A stretch of DNA of 64,000 nt from the human T2T-CHM13v2.0 reference genome, Homo sapiens. The stretch is taken from the NCBI RefSeq assembly GCF_009914755.1, contig NC_060935.1, one strand, 5' to 3'. The notes under the pieces were generated by a model. That model did not search any database. It was not told the origin of the DNA and saw nothing but the letters and a program-made list of their open reading frames with translations. The position numbers and the translations under genes are program-made. Below are positions 19,317-51,209 of the stretch, piece by piece (position 1 is the first letter of the stretch; every line of letters begins with the position of its first letter).

Positions 19317-20877
19317 CCCTGAATTGGTGTCAGCAAGCATGCCAGCGTCCCTCAGGGTGCTAAAATCTCTAATGTGGAGAAACATTATCATCTTCACCAA
19401 TCTGAGAGCTTCCCCTCAATGTGATCCAAATATCCATCCAGGTGGAAAGGAAGAGCCCCTTCCACACCAGCTTTCCCTTCAACTGACCACAAATGCGCCA
19501 AAGGCACGGCCTAGTCCTACCATGCTCAGGGATGTACCCTCTGCAGCTAGAGCATCCCTGCACGGTACACAGCAAGTGCACAATAAGGCATTTGAATGAA
19601 TGTGTAAAGGGGCTTGCAGGTTTCTGCCTGGGGAATCTTCCTTCTGCTTCCCAAATATACTTCTCTGCTCAAAATTCCCATGTGGGCCCCAGACAAACTG
19701 TGCCCCCAAAATCAGTGCCCATCCTTGGGCTCCAAGCTCCCTCCCTTCCATCTGGTGGCAGCCTTGAGTGAGGGGATTCCATCTGGTGCCCCCAGAACTT
19801 AGGCAGCATCTTCAGGACCATCAGGTTCTTCACATGAGTGCTAGGATCAACCCATACTTAGGTGATGGATACTCCAAATACCCTGACTTCATCATTACTC
19901 TTTCTATGCCTGTAACAGAATATCACATGTACCCAAAAAAAATATGTAAAATATTATGTATCCATAAAGAGAGAGAGGGCCAGGTGCAGTGTGGTTCACT
20001 GTAATCCCAGCACTTTGAGAAGCTGAGGCAGGAAGATCGCTTGAGCCCAGGAGTTCGAAACCAGCCTGGGCCACATAGTGAAGCCCTGTCTCTACAGAAA
20101 ATACAAAAGTTAGCTCGGTGTAGTGGCTCATGCCTTTCATCCCAGCTACTCAGAGCCTGAGGCCAGAGGACTAATTGAGCGTGGGAGGCTGAGGCTGCAG
20201 TAAGCCATGATCACCCCACTACGCTCTACCCTGAGTGACAGAATAAGACCCTGTCTCATAAAACAGAGAGAGAGGCTTGAGAGGGAGGAAAGAAAGAGGA
20301 AGAGAAGGAGGCACCAGAAGACATGAACGTGGAAAATACAAGGGCTAGTCATACTGGAGTGAGATTCACAGTTAAAAAAAAAGAAAAGAAAACAAAAGAA
20401 AATGGGCCCAGGATTCACATTTGGGGCACAAAGATGTCAACTAACAGGGGAGTCTGTAATGTCAATGTGTTTTCTACCAACCACCACTGTCCCTGAACTA
20501 ATCCACACTGCCCACTCCTCAATACTCACCTGGAGGCACTGGGGGCAACTTGGAGCTTTTATAGAACCTGTGGCTCTCATGGCTGGACAGTCTGAGGATG
20601 CCCCAGGGGATCCGATTTCAGAACAAGACCCTGAGACAGGGCTTCCTATCTACCTGGTGACCTCCCCGCTCCCCTGTCCTCCTCCCCAGCAATTTATGCA
20701 TCAGGGTTTTCACTCTACTTTGTCCACTGAATAAAATCTCACAATCCATTGGGTTGGTAAGCATCCTCTTTCTTTTTTCTTTTTTTTTTTTTTGTTTGTT
20801 TGTTTGTTTGTTTGAGATGGAGTCTAGCTCTGTTGCCCAGGCTGGAGTGCAGTGGCGCGATCACGGATTATTGCAAC

Positions 20878-21708
20878 TGTGTCCCAAATTGGTTCCTTCC
20901 CGGTGGGTTCTTGGTCTCGCTGACTTCAAGAATGAAGCCGCCGACCCTCACGGTGAGTGTTACAGTTCTTCAAGATGGTGTGTCTGGAGTTTGTTCCTTC
21001 AGATGTTCAGATGTGTCCAGAGTTTCTCCCAGTTGGTTTGTGGTCTCGCTGGCTTCAGGAGTGAAGCTGCAGACCTTCGCGGTGAGTGTAACAGCTCTTA
21101 AAGGTGGCGCGTCCAGAGTTGTTTATTCCTCCCGGTGGGTTCGTGATCTCGCTGGCTTCCGGAATGAAACTGCAGACCTTCGCGGTGAGTGTTACAGCTC
21201 ATAACAGTAGTGCAGACCCAAGGAGTGAGTAGCAGCAAGATTTATTGTGAAGAGCGAAAGAACAAAGCTTCCACAGCCTGGAAGATGTCCCGAGCAGGTT
21301 GCCACTGTTGGCTCCAGTGGCTTGCTTTTAGTCCCTTATTTGGCGCCACACACATCCTGCTGATTGGTCCATTTTACAGAGAACTGATTGGTGCATTTAC
21401 AATCCTTTAGCTACACACAAAAGTTCTCCAATTCCCCACCTGATTCTCTAGACACAGAATGCTGATTGGTGCATTTACAAGCCTTCAGCTAGACACAGTG
21501 CTGCTTGGTGCATTTACAATCCTTTAGCCAGACACAAAAGTTCTCCAAGTCCCCACCCCATTAGCTAGACACAGAGTGCTGACTGGTGTGTTTACAAACC
21601 TTTGGCTAGACACAGAGTGCTGATTGGTGAATTTACAATCCTTTAGCTAAACACAAAAGTTCTCCAAGTCCCCACCCGACTCAGAAGCCCAGAGGGCTTC
21701 ACCTCTCA
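20878..21708 (-). mobile_element. Solo LTR12 (ERV9) LTR, ~831 bp, inserted into an antisense Alu
   Basis: Minus-strand termini TGAGAGGTGAAGCC...GGACACA; tandem CCAAT repeats (ctgattggtgcatttaca); 4-bp TSD caac at 20874-20877 and 21709-21712; host Alu sequence resumes after it. Confidence 0.9.
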
Positions 21709-22589
21709 CAACCTCTGCCTCCCAGGTTCAAGCGATTCTCCTGCCTCAGCCTCCCCAGTAGCTGGGATTACAGGCGCCCACCACCATGCCCAGCTAACTT
21801 TTCTACTTTTAGTAGAGACGGGGTTTCACTATGTTGGCCAGGCTGGTCTTGAACTCCTAACCTCAGGTGATTCACCTGCCTCACCCTCCCAAAGTACTGG
21901 GATTACAAGCGTGAGCCACGGCGCCCGGCCAAGCATCCTCTTTCTAAGTCACTCACCCATGAGTATGAATTGTTTGCCCAGATTGCTTCACTCCATTGTA
22001 GCTGATTTCAACCCAGTTGTAAGCCTGGAGCACCTGGAGAAATCAGACCCAGGTGGGATCTCAAAGGTGGAGAGGGTGGGAAAGGAGCAAAAGAAAGAGA
22101 AGGGGTGCAGAAAGGGAGGGACACAGATTCCAAAGACATACCTGGCCTGTCTGAAGTTTGCCTCCTCCAGGAAGGGAAGGCAGCATTCTCCCGGTGCTGT
22201 CTCCCTCCTCCCCCGTGTACTGTGCACATCTCCTTCCCAGACTCAGCCCAGTTGCACCAAAAGCAAGCCACAAGGCCCATAGGCTAGTCAGACGCCCAAC
22301 AACCCCACACAATGACACTTATGTGGGGAATTGTGTCCTGAGACCCAAACGACTGACCCCCCAATGTGCTGTGAATAAGCAGTGACCACAACCAGTACCA
22401 CCTATGACTGAGTCGGGGGCTGCTCTCTAAGAACCCCAGCTGCATGCCCTCTGGGACAAATCAGGCCACCTGGGGCTCCTTCACATCTCTCCAATGCTGT
22501 GTTAAACGCACTTTTAACCAACTTTGTCAAAATGCTCAGCTGGTAAAGTTTTAACGTAGGCCCTTGTCAATGCTTCAGAAATAAGCCTC

Positions 22590-22803
22590 TGGCGGCGCGA
22601 CAGAGCAAAACTCCGTCAGGAAAGTAAGGAAAGAAAGGAAAGGAAGGAAGGAGGGAAGGAAGGAAGGAAAGAGAGAAAGAGAAAGAAGGAAAGAAAGGAA
22701 AGAAAAGAAAGGAAACAAAGGAAAAGAAAACAAATAAGCTTCCAGGTCATTGCTTAGAAAGAAAAAGAAAGAAAAAAAAAGAAAAGAAAAAAGAAAGAAA
22801 AAA
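22590..22803 (+). repeat. Very short Alu 3' remnant plus polypurine (GAAA/GGAA) tract upstream of promoter (also ~41336-41640, ~60166-60362)
   Basis: gcgacagagcaaaactccgtc followed by an almost pure A/G tract; TSD-like aaataagcctc on both sides. Confidence 0.85.
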
Positions 22804-22889
22804 GCCTCCCGGTCATTGCTCCTCTCTCTCTCTGCGGGTCCATCCCCATGGCACCCTCCCCCCTCCCCATGGTGCAAAGTTATAGTGGA

Positions 22890-23096
22890 AAGTGCCTCAG
22901 CTGGAAAGATCTCAGAATGTGGCTTAGGGCAGCCACAATCTTATCAGGAGCTTCTCTGTTTGGGATCAGGGGAACCGGTGACTTTCAGAGGCCGATAAGG
23001 CGGGACCCAACTTGTATATAAGGGGCAGCTCATGCTGCTGCTCTGCACCTTCCTCCCGTCTTGCCTTCTCCCTCGAGTTGGGACCCGGGAAGAACC
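22890..23096 (+). promoter_or_regulatory. PGA copy 1 proximal promoter and 5' UTR
   Basis: TATATAA 23015-23021; GC box GGCGGG 22999-23004; GATA motifs GATAA 22994-22998 and TTATCA 22941-22946; E-box CAGCTG near 22897; Kozak-like ACCATG at 23094. Confidence 0.85.
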
Positions 23097-32231
<9,135 letters not shown>

Positions 32232-32371
32232 GCCTAAGTCTCTTCAGCCACCTCCCAGGAAGATCTGGCCTCTGTCCTGTGCCCACTTTAGATGTATCTA
32301 ATTCTCCTGACTGTTCTTCCCAGGGGAGTGTGGAGGTCTTGGCCCTGTTCCCTGTCCTACCAATAACGTAG

Positions 32372-32377
32372 AATAAA
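32372..32377 (+). terminator. Polyadenylation signal AATAAA, PGA copy 1
   Basis: AATAAA 140 nt after the stop codon, followed by GT/T-rich sequence (ggttttgtgg). Confidence 0.85.
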
Positions 32378-35300
32378 AACATAACCCACTGAAACAGGTT
32401 TTGTGGAGCTGCTTCTCTTTGCTGGTCTTTTTCCTTCACATTACTGGGGTTAGAACACCAGGGCAGGGATGAAAATGACCACATCCATTTGGATGGCACC
32501 CAACATAGTGACCCCAGCAGCTGACACTTCATGATGGAGCCAAGAAGACAGAGAGGCTTCGGGGGTTGTGCTGGAAGCATCATAAAAAGACCTGGGGGTC
32601 AAAATACTGGGCTAATTGTCTTCTCATAGAAGGGACACAGAGCTGAGATCGTGCCATTGTACTCCAGCCTGGGCGACACAGAGAGACTCCAGCTCAGAAA
32701 GAAAAAAATAGGTCACTGAAGCTCTTAGTTGAGGGAGTCAACCTCCTACTTCTCCCAAAGCCAATAAGAGATCATGAGAAGGCTGGGCACAGTGGCTCAC
32801 GCCTGTAATCCCAGCACTTTGGGAGGCTGAGGCGGACAGGTCACCTGAGGTCAGGAGTTTGAGACCAGCCTGGCCAACATGGTGAAACCCTGTCTAATAA
32901 ATTTACAAAAATGAGCTGGGTGTGGTGGTGCGCACCTATAATCCCAGCTACTCAGGAGGCTGAGCCAAGAGATCGCTTGAACCTGGAAGGCGGAGGTTGC
33001 AGTGAGCTGAGATCGCACCACTGCACTCCAGCCTGGGCGACAGAGCGAGACTCCATCTCAAAAAAAAACAAAAAAAGAAAAGAGATCATGAGGAAAGGAA
33101 AGCAATCAGGAGAGTCACGAGAGGTAGACACTAATGGTGATGTCCCTAAGTAGATAGGACAGGGCAGAGTTGTCTGCAAGACGTGGACAGGAGAAGTGGA
33201 AGAAGCTGACACCCCACAGTCTTCCAGGATGCCCTTGTGATTCACTGGCTACCAAGACCAAGACTAACAGTTAATCTCCCCAAGGTCCTAGGCAGAAAAC
33301 ACTGAACCCATCTCTTTCCCCATCTGTAACCAAAGAGAAAGGTCTTCCACTTCCCTGAGCAGAGGTTGTGAGACAGAGAATTAAGCATGTTCATTAGCAT
33401 ATATGCCCTAGAAAGGCAAAGAGGAAATGGAGCAGTTTCTCAGACTGGGCTTGGTAGCAAAATGTTCAATGGAAAACACAGTTTCAGAATAAGTATAGAA
33501 CATGCTACATTCTAGGCCCTTCCCCAGGGTTCACCAGCTACAGTTCCCAATCAAAGGCTCTGACAAGCCCTGCTGCAAAGTGATCTGTTTCTTTTTAACT
33601 CAGCTGAGCTTCATCTCAGACTCTCTCTTGCTAGTAAGTCTATTACAGCCCTGGGCTCCCCGGCATGCATGCTGGGAAAATTCCCATAGCTCCTGCTTCT
33701 GGTGACAGCCGACCCAGGCTTTCTGCTGAAGACACAAGCCCAGAGGCTGGAGCTGGGCTCTAGGAAGGGCGGGGGTGAGCTCCAACACCCAGTCTCCTCA
33801 GGGTCACTCTCACCCTCCCAAGCCCATTTTCCATAGCTGAATAAACTTTAGGAAACATAAATTTCATCTCATCCCTTCCTTGCTTTAAACTCTTAATGCC
33901 TTCTTGCCATTGCCGTTGGAATAAAACAGCAAATCTTTGGCATAGTCCCACGTCCTGTGTGCTCCTTTCCCTCCAAACCTTCCCTGCTTCACTCTGATCC
34001 CGTTACCCCGAGCTCCCTCCACCCTGGCCTCCCACGGCCACAATAGCCCAAGTGTTTTCCCACCTCCAGACTTTGCACATGCTGTTCCCTTTGCCAGGGT
34101 TGCTTTTCCCTCTTTCTTGACTAGCTAACACCTAGCATCTGCAGACGTGGCTTAAATGTCACTTCTCAGCCAGGCTTGGTGGCTCACGCCTATAATCCCA
34201 GCACTTTGGGAGGCCGAGGTGGGCAGATTAACTGAGGTCAGGAATTTGAGACCAGCCTGGCCAACATGGTGAAACCCCATATCCACTAAAAAAATACAAA
34301 AAATTAGCTGGGTGTGGTGGTGGGCACCTGTAGTCCCAGCTATTTAGGAGGCTGAGGCAGGAGAATCGCTTTAACCCAGGAGGTGGATGTTGCAGTGAGC
34401 CGAGATTGCACCACTGGACTCCAGCCTGGGCAACAAGAGCAAAACTCCGTCTCAAAAAAAAAAAAAATGTCACTTCCCTGTAAAAGTGATCAGCCCTCCC
34501 TCACCACTCTCTCAGAGAGCCTGGGCCTACATTTTCCCTCATGGTACTTGGCACTACCTATAACCATGCATTTCAGTGTTTAAGATTCACAAGGACAGGG
34601 ATGGTGATGGTTTTAATTAGGTTTGAAGCCCAAGCAGCAAGAGCCGGGCTTGGCACATACTAGGAGGTCAATAAATATTTGCTGAATGAGTGATTAGAGA
34701 AGACTTTTTGAAAGGAACCATCTCAGATAGGATGAGAGTATGAGAGTGGGGATATGGTTTGACAAAGGCCATGTGAATAACAACAGGTGGGTCAGCTCCC
34801 ACCCCCATCAACATTCCATCCCCGTCATATTCTGTCATGGGATAAGCAGGTGGATTTCTCAAGTTTCTGGGAAGGAATTTCACCCTGTCCTGGCTTCTTT
34901 GCTGGATTTATTTTTCTGATATTTCCCATGTACCTACTTTGAAGCTAGGCAGTGTGCTAGGCTCCGGGGATATAGGAAGGCAGGTCTTCCTGGATCCTAT
35001 CTGTTCTCCTGCACCTGATCCCAGCCTTCCTTCCTCCCCCATCTCAACACCAGCAGCTGCAGCTCAGCCTCTCTCGCCCAGCACCTCTTCCATTCCCACC
35101 CTGGGATTCCTGAACCCTGTCACAATCTAAAGACGTTCCTCATCAGACAGATCATTTGACCAGAAAGCCCTGTGCCAACATATCTGATTTCATCCTCCTC
35201 ATGTTGCTGCACAACAGAAGATGAATTCACAATCCTTTCCTGCAGTCTCAGGCCTCTGCTCCATGCATCCTCCTCGAAGGGCCCTGGGGTCGAAGCACAG

Positions 35301-35484
35301 CTCCTTCCATCCTTTTCATTCACACTCATCCAGGAGTGTTATTTTAATCTCACAGGTCTCCTGCCCCATCCATCCTCACCTGTCCCAAATGATCACTCCA
35401 CACGCTGCTGGTGGGAGTGTAAACTGGCACCATCCTAAGAAGCATGATGTGGCTGTATCTATCAAAATTAAAAATGCATATGCC

Positions 35485-35806
<322 letters not shown>

Positions 35807-38800
35807 TCAAGATGATAAATATGCTAATTACTCTGATCTGATCACTAAACATTATATGTACAGAAACATCCTTATGTACCCATAAATATGTACAATTATT
35901 ACATGTCAATTAAAAAGAAAACAGCCAGGCACAGTAGCTCATGGTGTAACCCCAGCACTTGGGAAGGCCAAGGCGGCAGGACTGCTTCGGGCCATAGTTC
36001 AAGACCAGCCTGAGCAACATACCAAGACTTCATTTCTATTGTTTTTAATAAATAAATAAAAGGAAAAGAAAGAAGATGTGTATACAAGAGAACATTCATA
36101 GAGCACTGTTCCTAAGAACTCCACACTGGAAGCTACCCAAATGCCTATGAACTGAAAAAGAGAAAATAGCGGGTATATTGATGCAGAGGAATAATACACA
36201 GCAATGAAAATGACTGAGTAACAACTCCACACACCGCCATTCGTGGATGCCTCTCCTAAACATGATTTTGAGCAAAGAAGCGCAATGCAAACTAAAGTGC
36301 TTGTTATGTGGTACTGCTTAGCAAAAGTACAAAAACAGGTGAAATGAATCTTTGCTGTTTGGAAATCAGAGTAGTGATACGCTTGGTTTGGCCCTAGGAT
36401 AGTGACTGGGAAGAGCCTGGGGTGGGCTCCAGGGGTACCTGACATGCTCTTTTGCTGGGTCTGGGTTGTGGTTACACGTGTGTGCTTGGTTTGTGAAAAT
36501 TCATCAAGCTGTTTCTTATGATATGCACCTTTCTGTGTGCATATCATATTTTGAGAAAAGTTTTAAAATGATCATGTAGATTTATAAAAATCACTTGTAA
36601 AATACAGAACCATGATTTTTCTTTTAAAAGCGGGTTCAGGTTGCAGATAGAGTAGCGCAGCAGAAGTGAGCTGGGCCCATCAAAGCGGGTTGCTTGCAAA
36701 ACAACATGTGCCATATCTTGTGGTCCTATATTTGTAAGTAAATCAATATATTCATTTACTACGCCAGTGGTGGTTAGTTCTGGGTAGTGGGGTTAAAAGT
36801 CATTTTTAAAATTGTATTTATCTATAAATAATCTACAGTGATCATGTATTACTTCTATACTTGAGCCAAAAAAGTTATCATCAATTTAGCTTTGAAAACC
36901 TGCAGGCATCTCTGGAGAAGCAGCCCAGGTCTGGGACTGGGGAGTGGAAAACACAGTGTTCTCTTTGGTGTTGGAAGATCATGTCCCTGGGGTGAGACCT
37001 TGATTGAAAGCTGCTAGGGGACCAGCTGCCCCAATGCCTATCACACCAGCTTGATAACACTTATCATGCTTAAGTGCTCCATCTCAGCCTTGCCATGATT
37101 GGGTTCCTTAGATCTCATTCCATTGCTTGATTTGATTGGTTCATGGAACATTTATGAACACCTGTGCCATTGGCAGGGGCTGCCCTGCATCAGAGACACT
37201 GCTACCAGTCCCCCTGAAAGCCAGGCAATACCATACTGAGTGCCAGGCAGGGCTAATGGCAAAGCAAACGTTGCTGTCTAATCTTTCTGCCGGGCCAGTC
37301 TCGTACAATGAGATGTTGCGGCTTCCTTGCTGGCAGCCACGGATCAGCCCTGGCTGACAATCAGATCCCATGGGAGCACGTGGTTGCAGAATCAGGATTC
37401 CCTTTTCCATCCCAAGGGTTCCTCTAGTAAAGGGGGCTGAGTGGAATGGCTTCTCCAAGTGCACCTGGGAGGGAGGCTGCAGCCATCATGGAATATTCCT
37501 GTCACACGCTAACCCATGAACAGAAACCAGGTGGATGTACATGGTCACATAGTCTGGCCAGGGACCAGAGCCTCCGGAGACCCAGGTTCAGGTCCCATCT
37601 GTGTCATTACTTAGTTATGTGAACCTGCACTGATCACTTAACCCCTTTGAGCTACATCACTTGCGAAAAAGTGGGGGTTATAGTATAATAATTCTTTTTT
37701 AAAATAATTCAAAGCATTCAGAAAAGCACAAATAGGCACACAAATGTAAGCACTGCTGTGTGGTGGGAGATTTGCAGATGACCTGACCAACAATGTCACC
37801 TTCCCCCTTTTCAGATCACTCACATTACCTGAGCAGAAAAACAACTAGCAGAGCACTGAAATGGTCCCAAAAGAGGGAAGAGCAAGAGGCAATCAGGTGG
37901 ATCCTTTTCGAGTTATCAACAAGGTTTCCAGTCCTGTTTTCTATTGCTGATGAGAAGTTAACACACATTGAATGACTTATAACAACTCACATTGACTCAC
38001 TATCTCAGTTTCTGTGGGTCAGGAATCCAGGCTCGGTTCAGCTGAGGCCTCTGTCAGTCAGGGATGTCAGCCTGGTCTGTGGTCTCATCTGAGGCTTGAC
38101 TGGAGAAGGATCTGCTTCCATGCTCACACGCTTGCTGGCAGGATTCAGTTACTTGCAGATTGTCACACTGAAAGCCTGAGTTCCTTGCTGGCTGTCAGCT
38201 GGAGGCCACCCTTCGTTCCTTCCTCTTGGGCCTCTTTATAGAGCAGCTTTCTTTATCAGAGTCAGCAAGGGGAAGAGTCTATACAGAGAGTGTGCTAGCA
38301 AGACACAAGCTACAAGCCTGTATAATGTCATCACAAAACTGACATCCCATCTACTTTGCTGTATCCTGTTAGTTAGAAGCAAGTCCTGCCTACACAAAAG
38401 GGGAGGGGATTATACAGGGGTGTGACCACCAGCAGCATGAATAATTGGGGGCCATCCTACAGTCTCTCTGCCATACCCCTGAATTGGTGTCAGCAAGCAT
38501 GCCAGCGTCCCTCAGGGTGCTAAAATCTCTAATGTGGAGAAACATTATCATCTTCACCAATCTGAGAGCTTCCCCTCAATGTGATCCAAATATCCATCCA
38601 GGTGGAAAGGAAGAGCCCCTTCCACACCAGCTTTCCCTTCAACTGACCACAAATGCGCCAAAGGCACGGCCTAGTCCTACCATGCTCAGGGATGTACCCT
38701 CCGCAGCTAGAGCATCCCTGCACGGTACACAGCAAGTGCACAATAAGGCATTTGAATGAATGTGTAAAGGGGCTTGCACGTTTCTGCCTGGGGAATCTTC

Positions 38801-40052
38801 CTTCTGCTTCCCAAATATACTTCTCCTCTGCTCAAAATTCCCATGTGGGCCCCAGACAAGCTGTGCCCCCAAAATCAGTGCCCATCCTTGGGCTCCAAGC
38901 TCCCTCCCTTCCATCTGGTGGCAGCCTTGAGTGAGGGGATTCCATCTGGTGCCCCCAGAACTTAGGCAGCATCTTCAGGACCATCAGGTTCCTCACATGA
39001 GTGCTAGGATCAACCCATACTTAAGGTGACGGATACTCCAAATACCCTGACTTCATCATTACTCTTTCTATGCATGTAACAGAATATCACATGAACCCAA
39101 AAAATATGTAAAATATTATGTATCCATAAAGAGAGAGAGGGCCAGGTGCAGTGTGGTTCACTGTAATCCCAGCACTTTGAGAAGCTGAGGCAGGAAGATC
39201 GCTTGAGCCCAGGAGTTCGAAACCAGCCTGGGCCACATAGTGAAGCCCTGTCTCTACAGAAAATACAAAAGTTAGCTGGGTGTAGTGGCTCATGCCTTTC
39301 GTCCCAGCTACTCAGAGCCTGAGGCCAGAGGACTGATTGAGCGTGGGAGGTTGAGGCTGCAGTAAGCCATGTTCATGCCACTACGCTCTACCCTGAGTGA
39401 CAGAATAAGACCCTGTCTCAAAAAAAAAGAAAGGGAGAGAGAGAGAGAGAAGCTTGAGAGGAAGAGAAGGAGGCACCAGAGGACGTGAACGTGGAAAATA
39501 CAAGGGCTAGTCATACTGGAGTAACATTCACAGTTAAAAAAAAGAAAAGAAAACAAAAGAAAATGGGCCCAGGATTCACATTTGGGGCACAAAGATTTCA
39601 ACTAACTGGGGAGTGTGTAATGTCAATGTGTTTTCTACCAACCACCACTGTCCCTGAACTTATCCACACTGCCCACTCCTCAATACTCACCTGGAGGCAC
39701 TGGGGGCAACTTGGAGCTTTTATAGAACCTGTGGCTCTCATGGCTGGACAGTCTGAGGATGCCCCAGGGGATCCGATTTCAGAACAAGACCCTGAGACAG
39801 GGCTTCCTATCTACCTGGTGACCTCCCCGCTCCCCTGTCCTCCTCCCCAGCAATTTCTGCATCAGAGTTTTCACTCTACTTTCTTCACTGAATAAAAGCT
39901 CACAAAGTGGAGGATCCATTGGGTTGGTAAGGATCCTCTTTCTTTTTTCTTTTGTCTTTTTTTTTTTGTTATTGTTGTTGTTTTGTTTGAGACGGAGTCT
40001 AGCTCTGTCACGCAGGCTGGAGTACAGAGGCAAGATCTCGTCTCATTGCAAC

Positions 40053-41021
<969 letters not shown>

Positions 41022-41725
41022 TAGGCTAGTCAGACGCCCAACAACCCCACACAATGACACTTATGTGGGGAATTGTGTCCTGAGTCCCAAACGACTGACC
41101 CCCCCAATGTGCTGTGAATAAGCAGTGACCACAACCAGTACCACCTATGACTGAGTCGGGAGGCTGCTCTCTAAGAACCCCAGCTGCGTGACCACGGGGA
41201 CAAATCAGGCCACCTGGGGCTCCTTCACATCTGTCCATTGCTGTGTTAAAAGTACTTTTAAACAACTTTGTCGAAATGCTCAGCTTGTAAAGTTTTAATG
41301 TAGGCCCTTGTCAATGCTTCAGAAATAAGCCTCTGGCGGCGCGACAGAGCAAAACTCCCTCAGGAAAGAAAGGAAAGAAATGGAGAAAGGGAGAAAGGGA
41401 GAAAGAGAGGAAAAGAAAGAAAAGAAAGAGAGAGAGAGAGAGAAAGAGAGAAAGAGAAAGAAAGAAAAGAAAGAAAGAAAAAGAAAGAAAGGGAAAGAAA
41501 GAAGGAAAGGAAGGAAAGAAAAGAAAGGAAAGAAAGGAAAAGAAAACAAATAAGCCTCCAGGTCATTGCTTAGAAAGAAAAAGAAAAAAGAAAGAAAAAG
41601 AAAGAAAGAAAAGAAAGAAAAAGAAAAGAAAAGAAAAAAGCCTCCCGGTCATTGCTCCTCTCTCTCTCTGCGGGTCCATCCCCATGGCACCCTCCCCCCT
41701 CCCCATGGTGCAAGGTTACAATGGA

Positions 41726-41932
41726 AAGTGCCTCAGCTGGAAAGGTCTCAGAATGTGGCTCAGGGCAGCCACAATCTTATCAGGAGCTTCTCTGTTTGGG
41801 ATCAGGGGAACCGGTGACTTTCAGAGGCCGATAAGGCGGGACCCAACTTGTATATAAGGGGCAGCTCATGCTGCTGCTCTGCACCTTCCTCCCGTCTTGC
41901 CTTCTCCCTCGAGTTGGGACCCGGGAAGAACC
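41726..41932 (+). promoter_or_regulatory. PGA copy 2 proximal promoter and 5' UTR
   Basis: TATATAA 41851-41857 with the same GATA and GC-box arrangement as copy 1. Confidence 0.85.
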
Positions 41933-51063
<9,131 letters not shown>

Positions 51064-51203
51064 GCCTAAGTCTCTTCAGCCACCTCCCAGGAAGATCTGG
51101 CCTCTGTCCTGTGCCCACTTTAGATGTATCTAATTCTCCTGACTGTTCTTCCCAGGGGAGTGTGGAGGTCTTGGCCCTGTTCCCTGTCCTACCAATAACG
51201 TAG

Positions 51204-51209
51204 AATAAA
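51204..51209 (+). terminator. Polyadenylation signal AATAAA, PGA copy 2
   Basis: Same context as copy 1. Confidence 0.85.

Noticed and set aside
21340-21680. Regularly spaced repeats superficially like a CRISPR array
   Set aside because: These are LTR12 U3 CCAAT tandem repeats in human DNA; no unique spacers or cas genes.
35999-36547. 182 aa minus-strand ORF repeated at 54830-55378
   Set aside because: Lies in decayed L1M/Alu sequence and is broken in the unit 1 paralog; its recurrence is due to the duplication.
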